This document shows, piece after piece, positions 52,760 to 64,000 of a stretch of DNA of 64,000 nt (position 1 is its first letter; each line of letters starts with the position of its first letter). The stretch is from assembly GCF_004010195.1 (NCBI RefSeq), contig NC_057718.1, positions 48,481,859-48,545,858 on the forward strand. The letters are read 5' to 3'. Origin of the DNA: Chiloscyllium plagiosum (taxonomy: Eukaryota). The notes beneath the pieces were generated by a model. The model did not search any database. It was not told the origin of the DNA and worked only from the letters and a program-made list of their open reading frames with translations. Made by a program: the position numbers and the translations under genes.

Positions 52760-53520
52760 CTCTTGCGATTTAGGTATTGCAGCATAAGAAGCACCGTTCA
52801 TATGGACAAGATGGTCAATATGTCAGAATAGTGTCAAGCTACTGAAAGTCAAGGGGAAATGGTTAGCTTCCCTTTTGTTGGAGGTACTTATTTCCAGGCA
52901 TTTGTATTATCCAACGGTTACTTGCCACTTTTCAATATAAGCTTCAATGTTTTGCTACACATTGACACAGACTGCTTCATTATCTGTGGAGTTTCGTATG
53001 GAACTGGACAGTGCTATCTATCAGTGAATATTTCAACTTCTTACTTTATGATGAAAGGAAGATCATTGATGAATCAACTGATTTCCCTTTCTCTTTTTTT
53101 CTTAAGAGACAACGTTACATTAGCCATCTTCAAATCCATTGTGACTGTCTTAGAATCTGATGAATTTTTGATGATCACGACAAATGTCTTCACTATTTCT
53201 ATAGCTACGTCTTTTTGAATCCAAGGATGTAGTTTTTCAGATAGAGGGAATTTGTCACCTTTAGTCCCATTCATTTCTCTGGTACTTGTCACCTAGTGAT
53301 ATAACTTTCATTTTCTCACTCCCATTTACTGCTTGGTTCCCCACTAGTTTTGGAATGCTGGTAGTGTCTTCTGTGAAAACCTTGCAAAATAATTGTTTAA
53401 TGGCTCTCTCACTTCTTCATTCTCCTTATAATTATTTTCCTGTCTCAACCTCTAAGGAGCCATCGCTTACTTTTGCTTCTACCTTTTTTATGTCTGTTTT
53501 AATATTTTATGTTAATTTAC
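52760..53520 (-). mobile_element. Old CR1-group fragments
   Basis: KMANVTLSLKK; decayed LINE RT sequence. Confidence 0.6.
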
Positions 53521-53639
53521 TTTGATTTTTAAGTATGCATTGTGATTATTTTTGGCAGATGAACAAAATGAATGTAGTGCAATGAGCAGTGTATGAGGCT
53601 AATGGTTTATATTGTGGGATAAACATTTGAACATGCATT

Positions 53640-54050
53640 TATAGACCCTGACCATTGAACATTTTGTGTCACTGCCTCCAGATCTTCAGGTCTATGCTGT
53701 TGACATTGACCACCATAATTATCTGATCTCACAACTTTTTCAATGTTTGTCTGGAAGGTCTTTGAGCCCCTGTAAATAGTAGACATTTCCCTTATTCTCT
53801 TTGTCCTGCACCGAGGCATTCAGGGCAGCATCTGAGAGACTTGCAGTGCATCATGTTGCACTGCCATTGATCTTCTTTCAAAACAACCTTCAAAACCTTT
53901 AAGAAGTACAGACTGGCTTTTATCAGTGTAAAACGTGGATCCCCTACTGAAGAATGCATCCACTTAACAGCACATCTAGCACTGGGCTGCACACTATTAT
54001 TTACGTATGCAAAACGTTTGCATACTGCCTCCCTCAGAAACAATGGTTGT
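53640..54050 (-). mobile_element. Possible decayed L1/Tx1 LINE 3' region
   Basis: PSARC..SGC zinc-finger-like start, followed by ..KIWRQ*HKMF (W..RN..F-like). Confidence 0.35.
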
Positions 54051-54239
54051 GGATTATTTGCACATCATATTCTTTGCATCTATGTTTAGGATTTATCCAA
54101 TTTTGTCCCTGATATCTGTGAAAATATATTGGTAATTAATGTGAATGTTGTTTTTGAGGGTGCGTGTGTATCAATGTTGTTTTAATTGTATATCAGCATG
54201 TCTTATTTTATAGCTGTTGTGAGCCTTATTTTATCAATG

Positions 54240-54429
54240 GAGCAGGAGAATCGACGTTTCGGGCATGAGCCCTTCTTCAGGAAGGGCTTCAACCCTCTTC
54301 CTGAAGAAGGGTTCATGCCCGAAACTTCGATTCTCCTGCTTCTTGGATGCTGCCTGACCTGCTGCGCTTTTCCAGCAACACATTTTTAGCTCTGATCTCC
54401 AGCATCTGCAGTCCTCACTTTCTCCTCGA
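54240..54429. mobile_element. Fold-back PLE mini-element with two divergent hammerhead-like motifs
   Basis: Perfect 14 bp TSD TTATTTTATCAATG at 54226-54239 and 54430-54443. Cores at 54249-54283 (-) and 54298-54333 (+). Confidence 0.9.
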
Positions 54430-54689
54430 TTATTTTATCAATGCACAGATTTGGTGGGAGTGAGTCAATGCTCCATTTGACAATTATAACTGAATGTTAT
54501 TTTTGATGTTACCATCCATTGTTTAGTAAATGGGGAATAGTTATATGTTCTTTGGGGTATCACTGAATGTGATGTTATATGCTACAGGTGTATGTTAACT
54601 TGTGGGGTATGGGCGTATGTTATTTTGTCATGTATTGATAACTCTTATTTTGCTAGTATCTCTGTGTGCTGTTTTATTGAGTCAAGGTA

Positions 54690-54930
54690 TATCTATATTT
54701 TCTTACTAGCGTTTGGAATTCCGTTTCCCAGTGAATAGTGCAAGCTGGGTGATTGAACGAATGCAAGGCTGAGTAAAACATATTTTTGATTGATGAAGAA
54801 GGGACTATGGGGAGCACCCAGGAAAGTGGAGTTAAGACCACAATCAGATCAACCAATATTTTAGTGAATGGCAGAGCAGGCACAAGTTGGCCAATGGCCA
54901 ACTCTTGCTCCTAAATATTGCATTCTTATT
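54690..54930 (+). mobile_element. Old CR1 3' tail
   Basis: GTTTGGAATTC..GGAAAGTGGAGTT..GAATGGCAGAGCAGGC..CTTGCTCCTA. Confidence 0.7.
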
Positions 54931-56113
54931 TATTATGTATTAGTGTGTTCTATTTTCTCAGGCCTCATTATAGCCTATCACTGTGTGTTAGTTAATGAGA
55001 ATCATTAGAATGACCTATGTTTTGATTCATTTTAAATTAATTATCTGTAAATTTGTCTGTTTATTAGTTCAATCAAATTCATAGCCGCTCCTTATGAATC
55101 ATCCTTTGATATGTTACTGTGATTTTTCTGCATTCTTGTATAAAAATATACCTGGAAAACGCTTTCAAAGTGTTTTTTTGGAGGTTAGTAACTGAACGTA
55201 TTATTAGCTATCAGCATGGAGGTGCTTAGTGTGAGCATACCATTACCAGCATGGATCTTAGGTTAGACTTTTTTTTCTCATAGAGCAGTGAAATGAAAGG
55301 AAATCAATGTAACCTTTGTTTTATGTCTTCTAAAAGTACCTTTTGCCAAACAGCAAAATTGAAGGTTGTCAGGAAAAAGATATTATTAAATCCAAAGTAT
55401 AGCCAAGTGGCAATATTTGATTACAATGGAATTTAAAATTAAATGTCATGTCAGCAACTTTGCAGTCAGTTGGCATTAGGAAAAGGTTTTTATGAAATAT
55501 CATGATACCTTCCATTGAGCTATAAGATATAATGCATGTTATAATAGTTCTCACTTTTGACTCATTCTTTTCCCTTCACATTCCTCCTGCTCAACATTCT
55601 TCTTCAAAATTTAATTTCCTTCTGAACCTCTCTTAAAATTAAATGAATAAAATCCTTGGCTCTGTGGCTTTCTCTGCCATGACCACAACCGTATCCGGAC
55701 AGTCATAATAAGTACTTTAAGTAGGAATTTATTTGTTTCATTTATAATTTGTAATAAATTGTATTTCATTTGATTCAGTCACTTTGGGGTTTCGAAAGTT
55801 AATTCTGACATGAACAGCCTAATCATACCCAGATCAGTTTCTTATAAATCATATTATTCATCTAGCAAAGTCAAGTCATATGTAATTAGAGATTTAGGGA
55901 GTGTCCACCGTATGAATTTCTCCTAGCATTGAGAGGATGTGGTTTTTGTAAAGGACGAAATGTTATCCAATATTTATTGAAATAAGAATTACATCAAAAA
56001 TGAAATTATGTGTTTGGATTTTGGCCAAAAATATTTTAAATGATCTGACAAAGGTAATAAAAATGGAAAAAATGCTAGTTCACCAAAGTCAGAAAGGAAA
56101 TTTGTTTTTTTAC

Positions 56114-56167
56114 CTGTAGAGTGGGCAAGAGTTGTAACTGTGACTGAGGCAAGGATATAGAGTTTGA
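56114..56167 (-). CDS. Candidate 54-nt exon
   Basis: GTTTTTCCCAG acceptor and CAG|GTAAAA donor; all three frames open. Confidence 0.2.
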
Positions 56168-57014
56168 CTGGGAAAAACCTAAATGCTGTAGTGGGACCTA
56201 ACATTGGTATACTGCAGTGGTTAGATAATACTGAGGTCTTCAGGGTCTGTTTTCAGCCAAGTATGTGATTTCCACCAGGTTTCATTTAAATTTAGTATGC
56301 GATGATATGATTTATTTCATTTAGGCCTGACATCATATTGTGACAATATGTCTTTTATGATTGCAGAGTGTAAGCATTTTACAGGCATATTTATTCATTC
56401 GCTTTACTGCAAATTTCTGTTTTAAAGGAATGGGGTGGTTGTTGTGTGGCGTTTACAGAATGAAACCCAAACCTTCTCTGTGCCCAGTTTCCCAAGAGTT
56501 CTTAGTTTGGTTCTAGTATTCTGGTTGTATGAGATCAAATATGCCTCTGGTATATTTTGTTTTAGAAGCTATAACATGGTTACTATGTAAAGGGAGATAA
56601 CAGTTAAATGTTACCATGTGGCAAAAGGTGTCATGAGTAGTAACATTGAGATTAAGCTCATGGTTATCACCATAATACAAACTGAATCAGTTAGAGTTAG
56701 TTTTCAAATATATATGGCTTTCAAATATATCTAGGTCGCTTCAATTTGTATTCTACTGAAAGCTCTTCATTGATTATGAGATGCTAAGCATTCATTTCAC
56801 AGTAAGCGTCTGTCCGAATGACCAGGTATATAAAAATGTTTGCCTTGACCTGGGTCAGTTGACCTGGTTTTTCTCCCAGCTGGTTAATTGGAACTTAGTT
56901 ACAAAAAATAGGAAGTTTTAACATCTCACAGTTTTAGTGTTCATTTTAAGATTTTTTTGCTGAAATTTAAAATTGCAATCAAGCTCTGATAAACCTGTAT
57001 ATAAACTGCATTAC

Positions 57015-57056
57015 CATGACCCTCAACCCCAATGAAAAACTCTTCTCCCCATCAGT
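57015..57056 (-). CDS. Candidate 42-nt exon
   Basis: Strong acceptor TTTTTTTTCTTTCCCTAATCAG and ATG|GTAATG donor; TDGEKSFSLGLRVM, phase 0-0. Confidence 0.25.
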
Positions 57057-58454
57057 CTGATTAGGGAAAGAAAAAAAAGTGAATGCCTGTTTCTTTGGAT
57101 GTTTGGTGTCTTGTGTTACTTGGGATAAAATCAAATGAACATAATTTATACAGAAGTAGGGACAGAATAAAATAAAGCAAATTGGGTGATAATTTTAATC
57201 TTACTCTGGGGCCAGGACACTACTGGAATTGGGTCAAGAGCCCATTTTGTACCTCACCTCATTTTATTTTGCATTGATTTCAATAGGCAACTGATCTGAT
57301 CCCGTCATATGAGCTGAGTATCATGTGTTAAAATTCCCTCCAAAATGACTGAAAACTTTCCATTTGGAGTTTTTCTTCAACTGTCTATCAAACTATATGG
57401 AGTCTTCTGTGTATTATGCAGAAAGCTAGCACATAAATCTTTAACTCATCTGTATGAGATTAAAGGGAGAACATAGTTGGAACTCTTTATATATTATAAA
57501 AAATAAAAGCAGATTGGGATTGTACTCAGTGTCAACGAATATAAGATATTCTTGATGTAATGCAGGCTGTATATTTTTATTAAATGAGGCTTCACGAGAG
57601 ACTTTGATACAAGCCATCTGTTCATTTGATTGATATATTTTCTGAGGTAGGTTGAATTTTATGTGTTATCTCTTGACGTTAACATTATTACCCCTTTTAT
57701 ATTTGATTGCAGATGTGTCTTTTTTTCCTAGGTTAGTGATGAAGTTGAAAACACTTGCTTCTGCAGATCATATTACTGCTGAGTAGCTCAGTTTCTGATT
57801 ATTAGCATCAAGTTGTGACAATGGTTCAAAATAAAATTAGAAAAAAGACTTTCTATTTACTCAGTTTTGTGGGGGAAATATTAACTTAGAGAGGAAACTC
57901 TTTTGTCTTGTAATAGAATTTCAACATCTTCCCTATAATAGGCATTTCACAATCACCAGGAGTGAAGCACAATGTCTACAATTGCATTGGAACTTTTGAG
58001 AAGTTTTATTGTAAATATTTTGTTCTAACAGAGTCCATTAAATAAAGAATAGTAGATGATCTGGAGAGTGTAATGTACAAACTTCCACTTTGATACTCAT
58101 GAGCTTTGTCAACACATGTTGGAATTGGGGATGTGGGGATGAATGAGGCAGGGAAGAAGCAGAGTGAGGTTTAAAACATTTCATTAACGGATACATAAAC
58201 CCAAGAAATGCTATTTTTGAAGTGTATTTTAGGTTCAGAAGTGGTCCTTAAAGTGAATTGAGAAACCTAATGCTGAGTTTACAAGATTCAGAAAAGTATA
58301 TCTACTATTAGATGTGATACTGCTGTTGGAAATTATTTATTAAATAATCTAGACTATGCTATGATTTACATTGGAAACTAATTTAAGATCTTCAGTTGGT
58401 CTTGCAGCGTGATGCATCTGGATATTCCAGAAGCTACATATACAAATATTTATT

Positions 58455-58790
58455 ATAAAATCCCAACAGTGCTAAAAGGGACCATTTGGTGCATTGATTC
58501 TGCACTGACTCTCTGAGAGCATCCTGCCCAGGCCCACCCTATCCCTGCAACCCTACATTTCCCATGGCTAATCCACCCAGCCAGCATATCTCTGGACAAT
58601 ATGGGCAATTTAGAATGGCCAATCCACCTAACCTGCACATCTTTGAACCATAGATGAAAACTGGACCACTTGGTGGAAACCCACATGGACATTGTACAAA
58701 TGCCACAAAGTCACCCAAGGCTAGAACTGAACCCAGATCCCTGGCACTATGAGGTAGCAGTGGTAATCACTGTGCCACAATGCAGCCCCC
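58455..58790 (-). mobile_element. HE1-like SINE
   Basis: Same family as 12946-13293. Confidence 0.8.
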
Positions 58791-59035
58791 TTATGGCTTA
58801 GGACACTTTTATGTAGGAAAAGGAATTTGTATATACATTGCACCTCTTTTTCTAAAGAAAAAGGCTAATGAAGACATTGAAGTTCTTCTGCATCCCCAAG
58901 GCAATGTCCTCACATATCAAAACCTACCTGTCTGCGCTGAGAATTAAGATTGACAATTAACTGCTCTTGCTGTGTCTCTGCCCAATGATGGCCTAACCAA
59001 TCAATATCCTCTTTTCATTTTGTATAAAATTATAT

Positions 59036-59134
59036 CCCGACTGCCTGCCCCTCTTCCGTGGTTACGTTAGAGCCTGGGTGTCCTTGGAGAAGGAGCACGC
59101 GGTGTCCACCAACACCCTGGAGTTGTTCAGGGAC
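59036..59134 (+). mobile_element. Short internal fragment resembling a Tx1-type LINE ORF2 C-terminus
   Basis: GC-rich open frame PDCLPLFRGYVRAWVSLEKEHAVSTNTLELFRD in AT-rich context. Confidence 0.55.
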
Positions 59135-60041
59135 TATCTGATATTGCCCATTTAAAAGTGCTCTCTATCACTCCTTCACCCATATTGAAGGAGACATTTT
59201 GCAAGGAAGGTTTTTTGGAAGATAATGAGATCCCAACAAACAAAGCCAGACATGATTCTTTTAGGGTGGTTTTCACACCACTTAAGAACATGGATCAGGA
59301 TTGCATAAATCTCTGATACCATAGCATTTCAACATAGTCAAAAATAGGCATACTGATATTAAAAACGAATTTTAAATATTTTGTGTTATATGGTGTTGAC
59401 TTTACTATTTGGACTCTGATATACTTTTATCTTGTGAAACCCATGTTGCATGGGTCACACAAACTGGCAAAAATATAACACTGTCTGTATAAATTTATTG
59501 ATGAAACCATATTGTTCTCCAGTTTGAAGTGAACTTGTCTTCTATGTAAATTATACAGCAGTTGAACTATCAAGACCTATATTATAAGCAATCAATTATT
59601 TATACTGTTGTACTATCATTTAATTATTATCAGTATTGACCAATACCAAATGCTATAAAACTAAACATTGAATGGCACAGGGTTCAAGCTGACACCCTTG
59701 TGGAGATGAACTATGGAACTGGAAGCTTCATAATCCACAGTGTGATAAATAACATAATGGAGGCAATTCTGAACAGACAGCTGCTCACTCCACAGCAGAA
59801 AAATAAGGATCCAATGGATCAATAGCATATGTGTTTATTAATTACAAAGTGCAATAAGTACTAGTAATGCAATACACATATTCACAGATTAAAAATATGA
59901 TGTGAGTCCAAAAGGCTAACAGTTAATAAAATCAAATATACAATCAATCCATGAATTGTTTGCAAGGAGCAAATAGATAATTGAATGTTGCAGCCATTAC
60001 ATTGGAGGTTACAAGTTGCATTGATGTTGATAGTTGAACAG

Positions 60042-60185
60042 GGTAAAAACAAGGACTGCAGATGCTCGAAACCAGATTCTAGATTAGAGTGGTACTGGAA
60101 AAGCACAGCAGTTCAGACAGCAACCGAGGAGCAGGAAAATCAATGTTTCGGGCAAAAGCCCTTCATCAGGAAGAGAGGCAAATAG
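60042..60185 (-). mobile_element. PLE terminal-repeat fragment
   Basis: Reverse complement of the 1-215 type repeat; hammerhead-like core at 60138-60172. Confidence 0.8.
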
Positions 60186-60769
60186 TTGAACAGTCCATTT
60201 TATTATCCTTAATTTTTCCAGATTGCTTGAGATTCTGTAGTTCTGATTTCTTTTGCCCATAACTAAGCATTCAGGTAAGGGGAGAGACCTTTTGTTGTCC
60301 CATTTCCTTTTGTCTCATTTGTTAAAAACTAAGACAGAGGCAAGAGTAGACATTAGACCACTGGAAAATGAGGCTGGAAACATAGTAATGATGAACAAAG
60401 AAATGGCGGAGGAACTGAAGGCTTTGCATCAGTTTTCAGAGTGAAAGACAGCAGCAGTATACCAGAACTTCAAGAAAGCCAAAGGGGCAGATCTGAGTGT
60501 TGTGACCATCACCAACTAGAAGGTGTTGGAGAAGCTGAAGGATCTGAAGGTGGATAAATCACCTGGATCAGATTGATGACACCCCAGAGTTCTGTAGGAG
60601 ACAGTTGAGGAGATTGGAGGCAATCTTTCAGTAATCACTGGAGTCAGGAAGAGGCCCAGACGACTAGAAAATGGCCGATGTAGCATCTCTGTTTAAGAAG
60701 AAGGGAGACAGAGGACAGAAAATTACAGGCCAGTTAGCTTGACCTCAGTTGTTGATAAGATTTTAGAGT

Positions 60770-61002
60770 TGAGAGTGTAATGCTGGAAAAGCACAGCAGG
60801 TCAGGCAGCATCCGAGGAGCAGGAGAATCGACATTTCGGGCATAAGCCTTTCATCAGGCCTTCATCAGCCCTTCCTGATGAAGGGCTTATGCCCGAAATG
60901 TCAATTCTCCTGCTCCTCGGATGCTGCCTGACCTGTTGTGCTTTTCCAGCACTACACTCTCGACTCTGATCTCCAGCATCTGCAGTTCTCATTTTCTCCT
61001 AG
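60770..61002. mobile_element. Fold-back PLE mini-element with two hammerhead-like motifs
   Basis: TSD TAAGATTTTAGAGT at 60756-60769 and 61003-61016; inverted arms. Confidence 0.9.
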
Positions 61003-61258
61003 TAAGATTTTAGAGTACATTATTAAGGATGATATTGCAGAGTGCTTGGAAGTGCACGCTAAAATACAGCTAAGTCAGCACAGCTTCATCAAGGGGAGGT
61101 CATGCCTGATAAATCCATTACAATTCTTTCAGGAAGTAATGAGCAACTTATTAAGACTGAGAGCCAGTGGATATGGTCGATACGGATTTCCAGAAGGCCT
61201 TTGACAAAGTAACATACAGGAGGCTGCTAAATAAGATAAGACCCCATGGTGTTAGGGG

Positions 61259-61465
61259 AGAAAGTGAGGTCTGCAGATGCTGGAGATCAGAGCTGGAAAT
61301 GTGTTGCTGGAAAAGCGCAGCAGGTCAGGCAGCATCCAGGGAACAGGAGAATCGACGTTTCGGGCATAAGCCCTTCCTGAAGAAGGGCTTATGCCCGAAA
61401 CGTTGATTCTCCTGTTCCCTGGATGCTGCCTGACCTGCTGCGCTTTTCCAGCAACACATTTCCAG
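61259..61465. mobile_element. Fold-back PLE mini-element
   Basis: Perfect 16 bp TSD CCCATGGTGTTAGGGG at 61243-61258 and 61466-61481. Near-perfect hairpin; plus-strand core CTGAAGA at 61377. Confidence 0.92.
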
Positions 61466-64000
61466 CCCATGGTGTTAGGGGCAAGGTACTGGCATGGATA
61501 GAGAATTGCCTGACTGGCAGAAGGCAAGAGTAGGGATAAAGGGAATTTTTCAGTATGGCAGCCGGTGTCTACTGGTGTTTTACAAGACTCTGTGTTGGAA
61601 CCGCAACTATTCACGTTATACATTTACAACCTGAATGAAGGAACTGAGGGCATTGTTGCTAAGTTTGCAGATGACACAAGGACAATTGGAAGGGCGGGTA
61701 GTGCTGAGAAATTGGAGAGGCTGAAAAAGGACTTGGGCAGGTTAGGAGAGTGTGCAAAGAAATGGCAGATGGGATACAATGTGGCACTTTGGTAGGAAGA
61801 AGTGTAGACTGTTTTCTAAATGAGAAAAGAATTTGAAAACTGAAGCACAAAGGGACTTGGGACTCTGAGTTCAGGGTTCTCTTAAGGTTAACATGCAGGT
61901 TAAGTTGCCAGTTAGAAAGGCAAATGTAACATTAACATTCATTTCAAGAGGGCTAGAATTTCAATGCTGAAATGTACTGCTGATGTTGTATAAAGCTCTG
62001 GTCAGTCTGCATTTGGAATATTGTGATCAGTTTTGGGCCCTGTATCTAAGGAAGGATGTGCTGGCATTGGAGGGGATCTTTAGGAGATTTATAAGAATGA
62101 TCCTGGGGTTGAAGAACTTGTCGTAAAAGGAATGGTTGCGGACTCTGGGTCTGTACTCAGTGGACTATGGAAGGATGGGGGGGGTGGGGATCTGATTGAA
62201 ACTTATAGAATACTTGAGATGTCTGGATAGAGTGGATGTGGGGGAGATCTTTCCACTAGTAAGAGAGCCTTGGACCTAAGGGCACAGCCTCAGAGTGAAG
62301 AAATTACCCTTTAGAATTTCTTCAGCCAGGGGTGGTTGATCTGTGGAACTCATTGCTTCAAAGGGCTATGGAGCCCAAGTCATTAAGTGTATTTAAGACA
62401 GCGATATTTAAATACTTGGTTTGCAGGAGGATCAAGGGTTAAAGGGAGAAAACAGGAGCATGGGGTTGAGATTGAATCATGAAGCAGACTCAATGGGGTG
62501 AATGGTCTACTTCTGCTCCTGTATCTTATGGTTTTATGGAGGAATAGCCCTTACCTGCAACCAGAGGAAACTAGGGGATATTTCTTAGATTGTTACCTTC
62601 ATAGCACACTAAAGCAAGACCCTAAGCAAGTGCACTCCAGTCGAGTTGGAATTGGTTTTTTAACTCCTATCCTTGTATATTCCAGAAGGGCAAATGCACA
62701 AAATGTAACTGCAGGAGGTGACTTGCTTTGAAAAAGGTGCTGTTGGCCCCTCTTTGCAGTCACCAAAGATCTCAGTCCGCTCTGAGGAGATTTTCCTTTT
62801 CTACCTTTGAGGGACTGTTGTTTGAAAATACAGCCTGTTGTTAGGCTAAAATTCACGGGAAAACATGAAAGAGGTAATTTGACATATATAATGCTGCTCA
62901 TTCATTGTCCTGCTGGGACAAAATTGTAAATGCTCCCTGATACATATGTATTTCTGTTTACACTGGACTAATTTGTCTGAAAAATATGCTTCCCGACAGC
63001 TGCAACATGCCACATCATGCTGAAATAAATCTATCAGAATTAAAAATAATAGAGAAAAAATTAATATGTGGGAATGTTTTAAATAATCAGAAAACCACTA
63101 TTAATTTTAACTGCTCCTTAAGGCAGATGTGGATATCAGCCAGCAAGGAATATTCATTTCCAGTTTTATATATTTTAAGAGCAACTCAAGTTGAGTTCTA
63201 TAATAAACCACAGTCATAATTGCCATTGTAAACAATCAGCAAATTTGGCAAGATGTCAAACAAAAAGCAATTAACAATAGTACCAAATCTTATAGATGTC
63301 ATAATGTGCTTTCCTGTGGTAGGCCAAACAGAAATAGTCGTCTTGGTATCAATTTTATTCAGGGGCTATTATCAACCATGCAAAAGTCTGATTATTCCCA
63401 ACTGTTCCAGTGAGATATGAAATGACGCATTGGTGCACCTTCCTTAAAACATGGAAACAATAGAGTTAGGTGTGACCAACCCAAGAAATATGTTAAACAC
63501 ACATGCTGCAGAAAGAAAGTACAAGTTCCTTGTAGCAAGTATGACACAGCAGCTTTAGAAGCGTTACATTGTTAATAATGTATCCTATTATTATACAGGA
63601 TACCATGCCTGACTTGATTAAATCTTTATGTGCAGTTGCACTGTATGTACTAGTTTGACACTGCTACATGTTTTAAAATAGTGCAAGTTTGCAGACATGA
63701 TTTATTCTACTGCTTTATAATGTGTTCTGGCCAAAGCAAATGGAACACTTTAAAAATGTATACTAGCACATTTTTAAAATTTACTTTGCACTGATTTCAG
63801 TTATAACACAGCAACAATTGAATGCAGCAATTTTAAAATCAAGACTGACAAATTCTGAACTTATTCAACATGATTTCCAGATCGGATTGATGCAACTCCT
63901 ACATTAGGAATAATTCATTGTAATATGTACAATGCGTGAACAGACTTTTGTCATCAGTTTAGAAATGCCACAATGTTTGGCCCTTTAAAAATATGAAGAA

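Larger units (their letters stand above)
60320..62540 (+). mobile_element. CR1 LINE carrying two PLE mini-insertions
   Basis: DFQKAFDKV; QDSVLEPQLF..FADDTR; tail. Confidence 0.92.

Noticed and set aside
1..64000. CRISPR arrays, rRNA, prokaryotic operons or intact autonomous transposons
   Set aside because: None seen; all retroelement ORFs are truncated or disrupted.

Overview
Eukaryotic, AT-rich, repeat-dense intronic or intergenic DNA. The repeat repertoire points to a cartilaginous fish (shark); this is an inference. It includes CR1 LINEs, HE1-like and Deu-domain SINEs, Penelope-like elements (PLEs), Harbinger, RTE and Tx1 remnants, and solo LTRs. Almost all ORFs in the track are decayed transposon frames or noise. 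No host gene can be named, although several minus-strand exon-like segments with good splice signals and compatible phases suggest an unidentified multi-exon gene. The most notable signal is a set of more than 10 minimal hammerhead-ribozyme motifs in PLE terminal repeats. They come from several families with covarying stems. Many sit in 80-1100 bp fold-back mini-insertions with 12-16 bp target-site duplications (TSDs), and one insertion has its empty pre-insertion site preserved nearby in a local duplication. There are two N gaps. All coordinates were read by eye and repeat boundaries are approximate.
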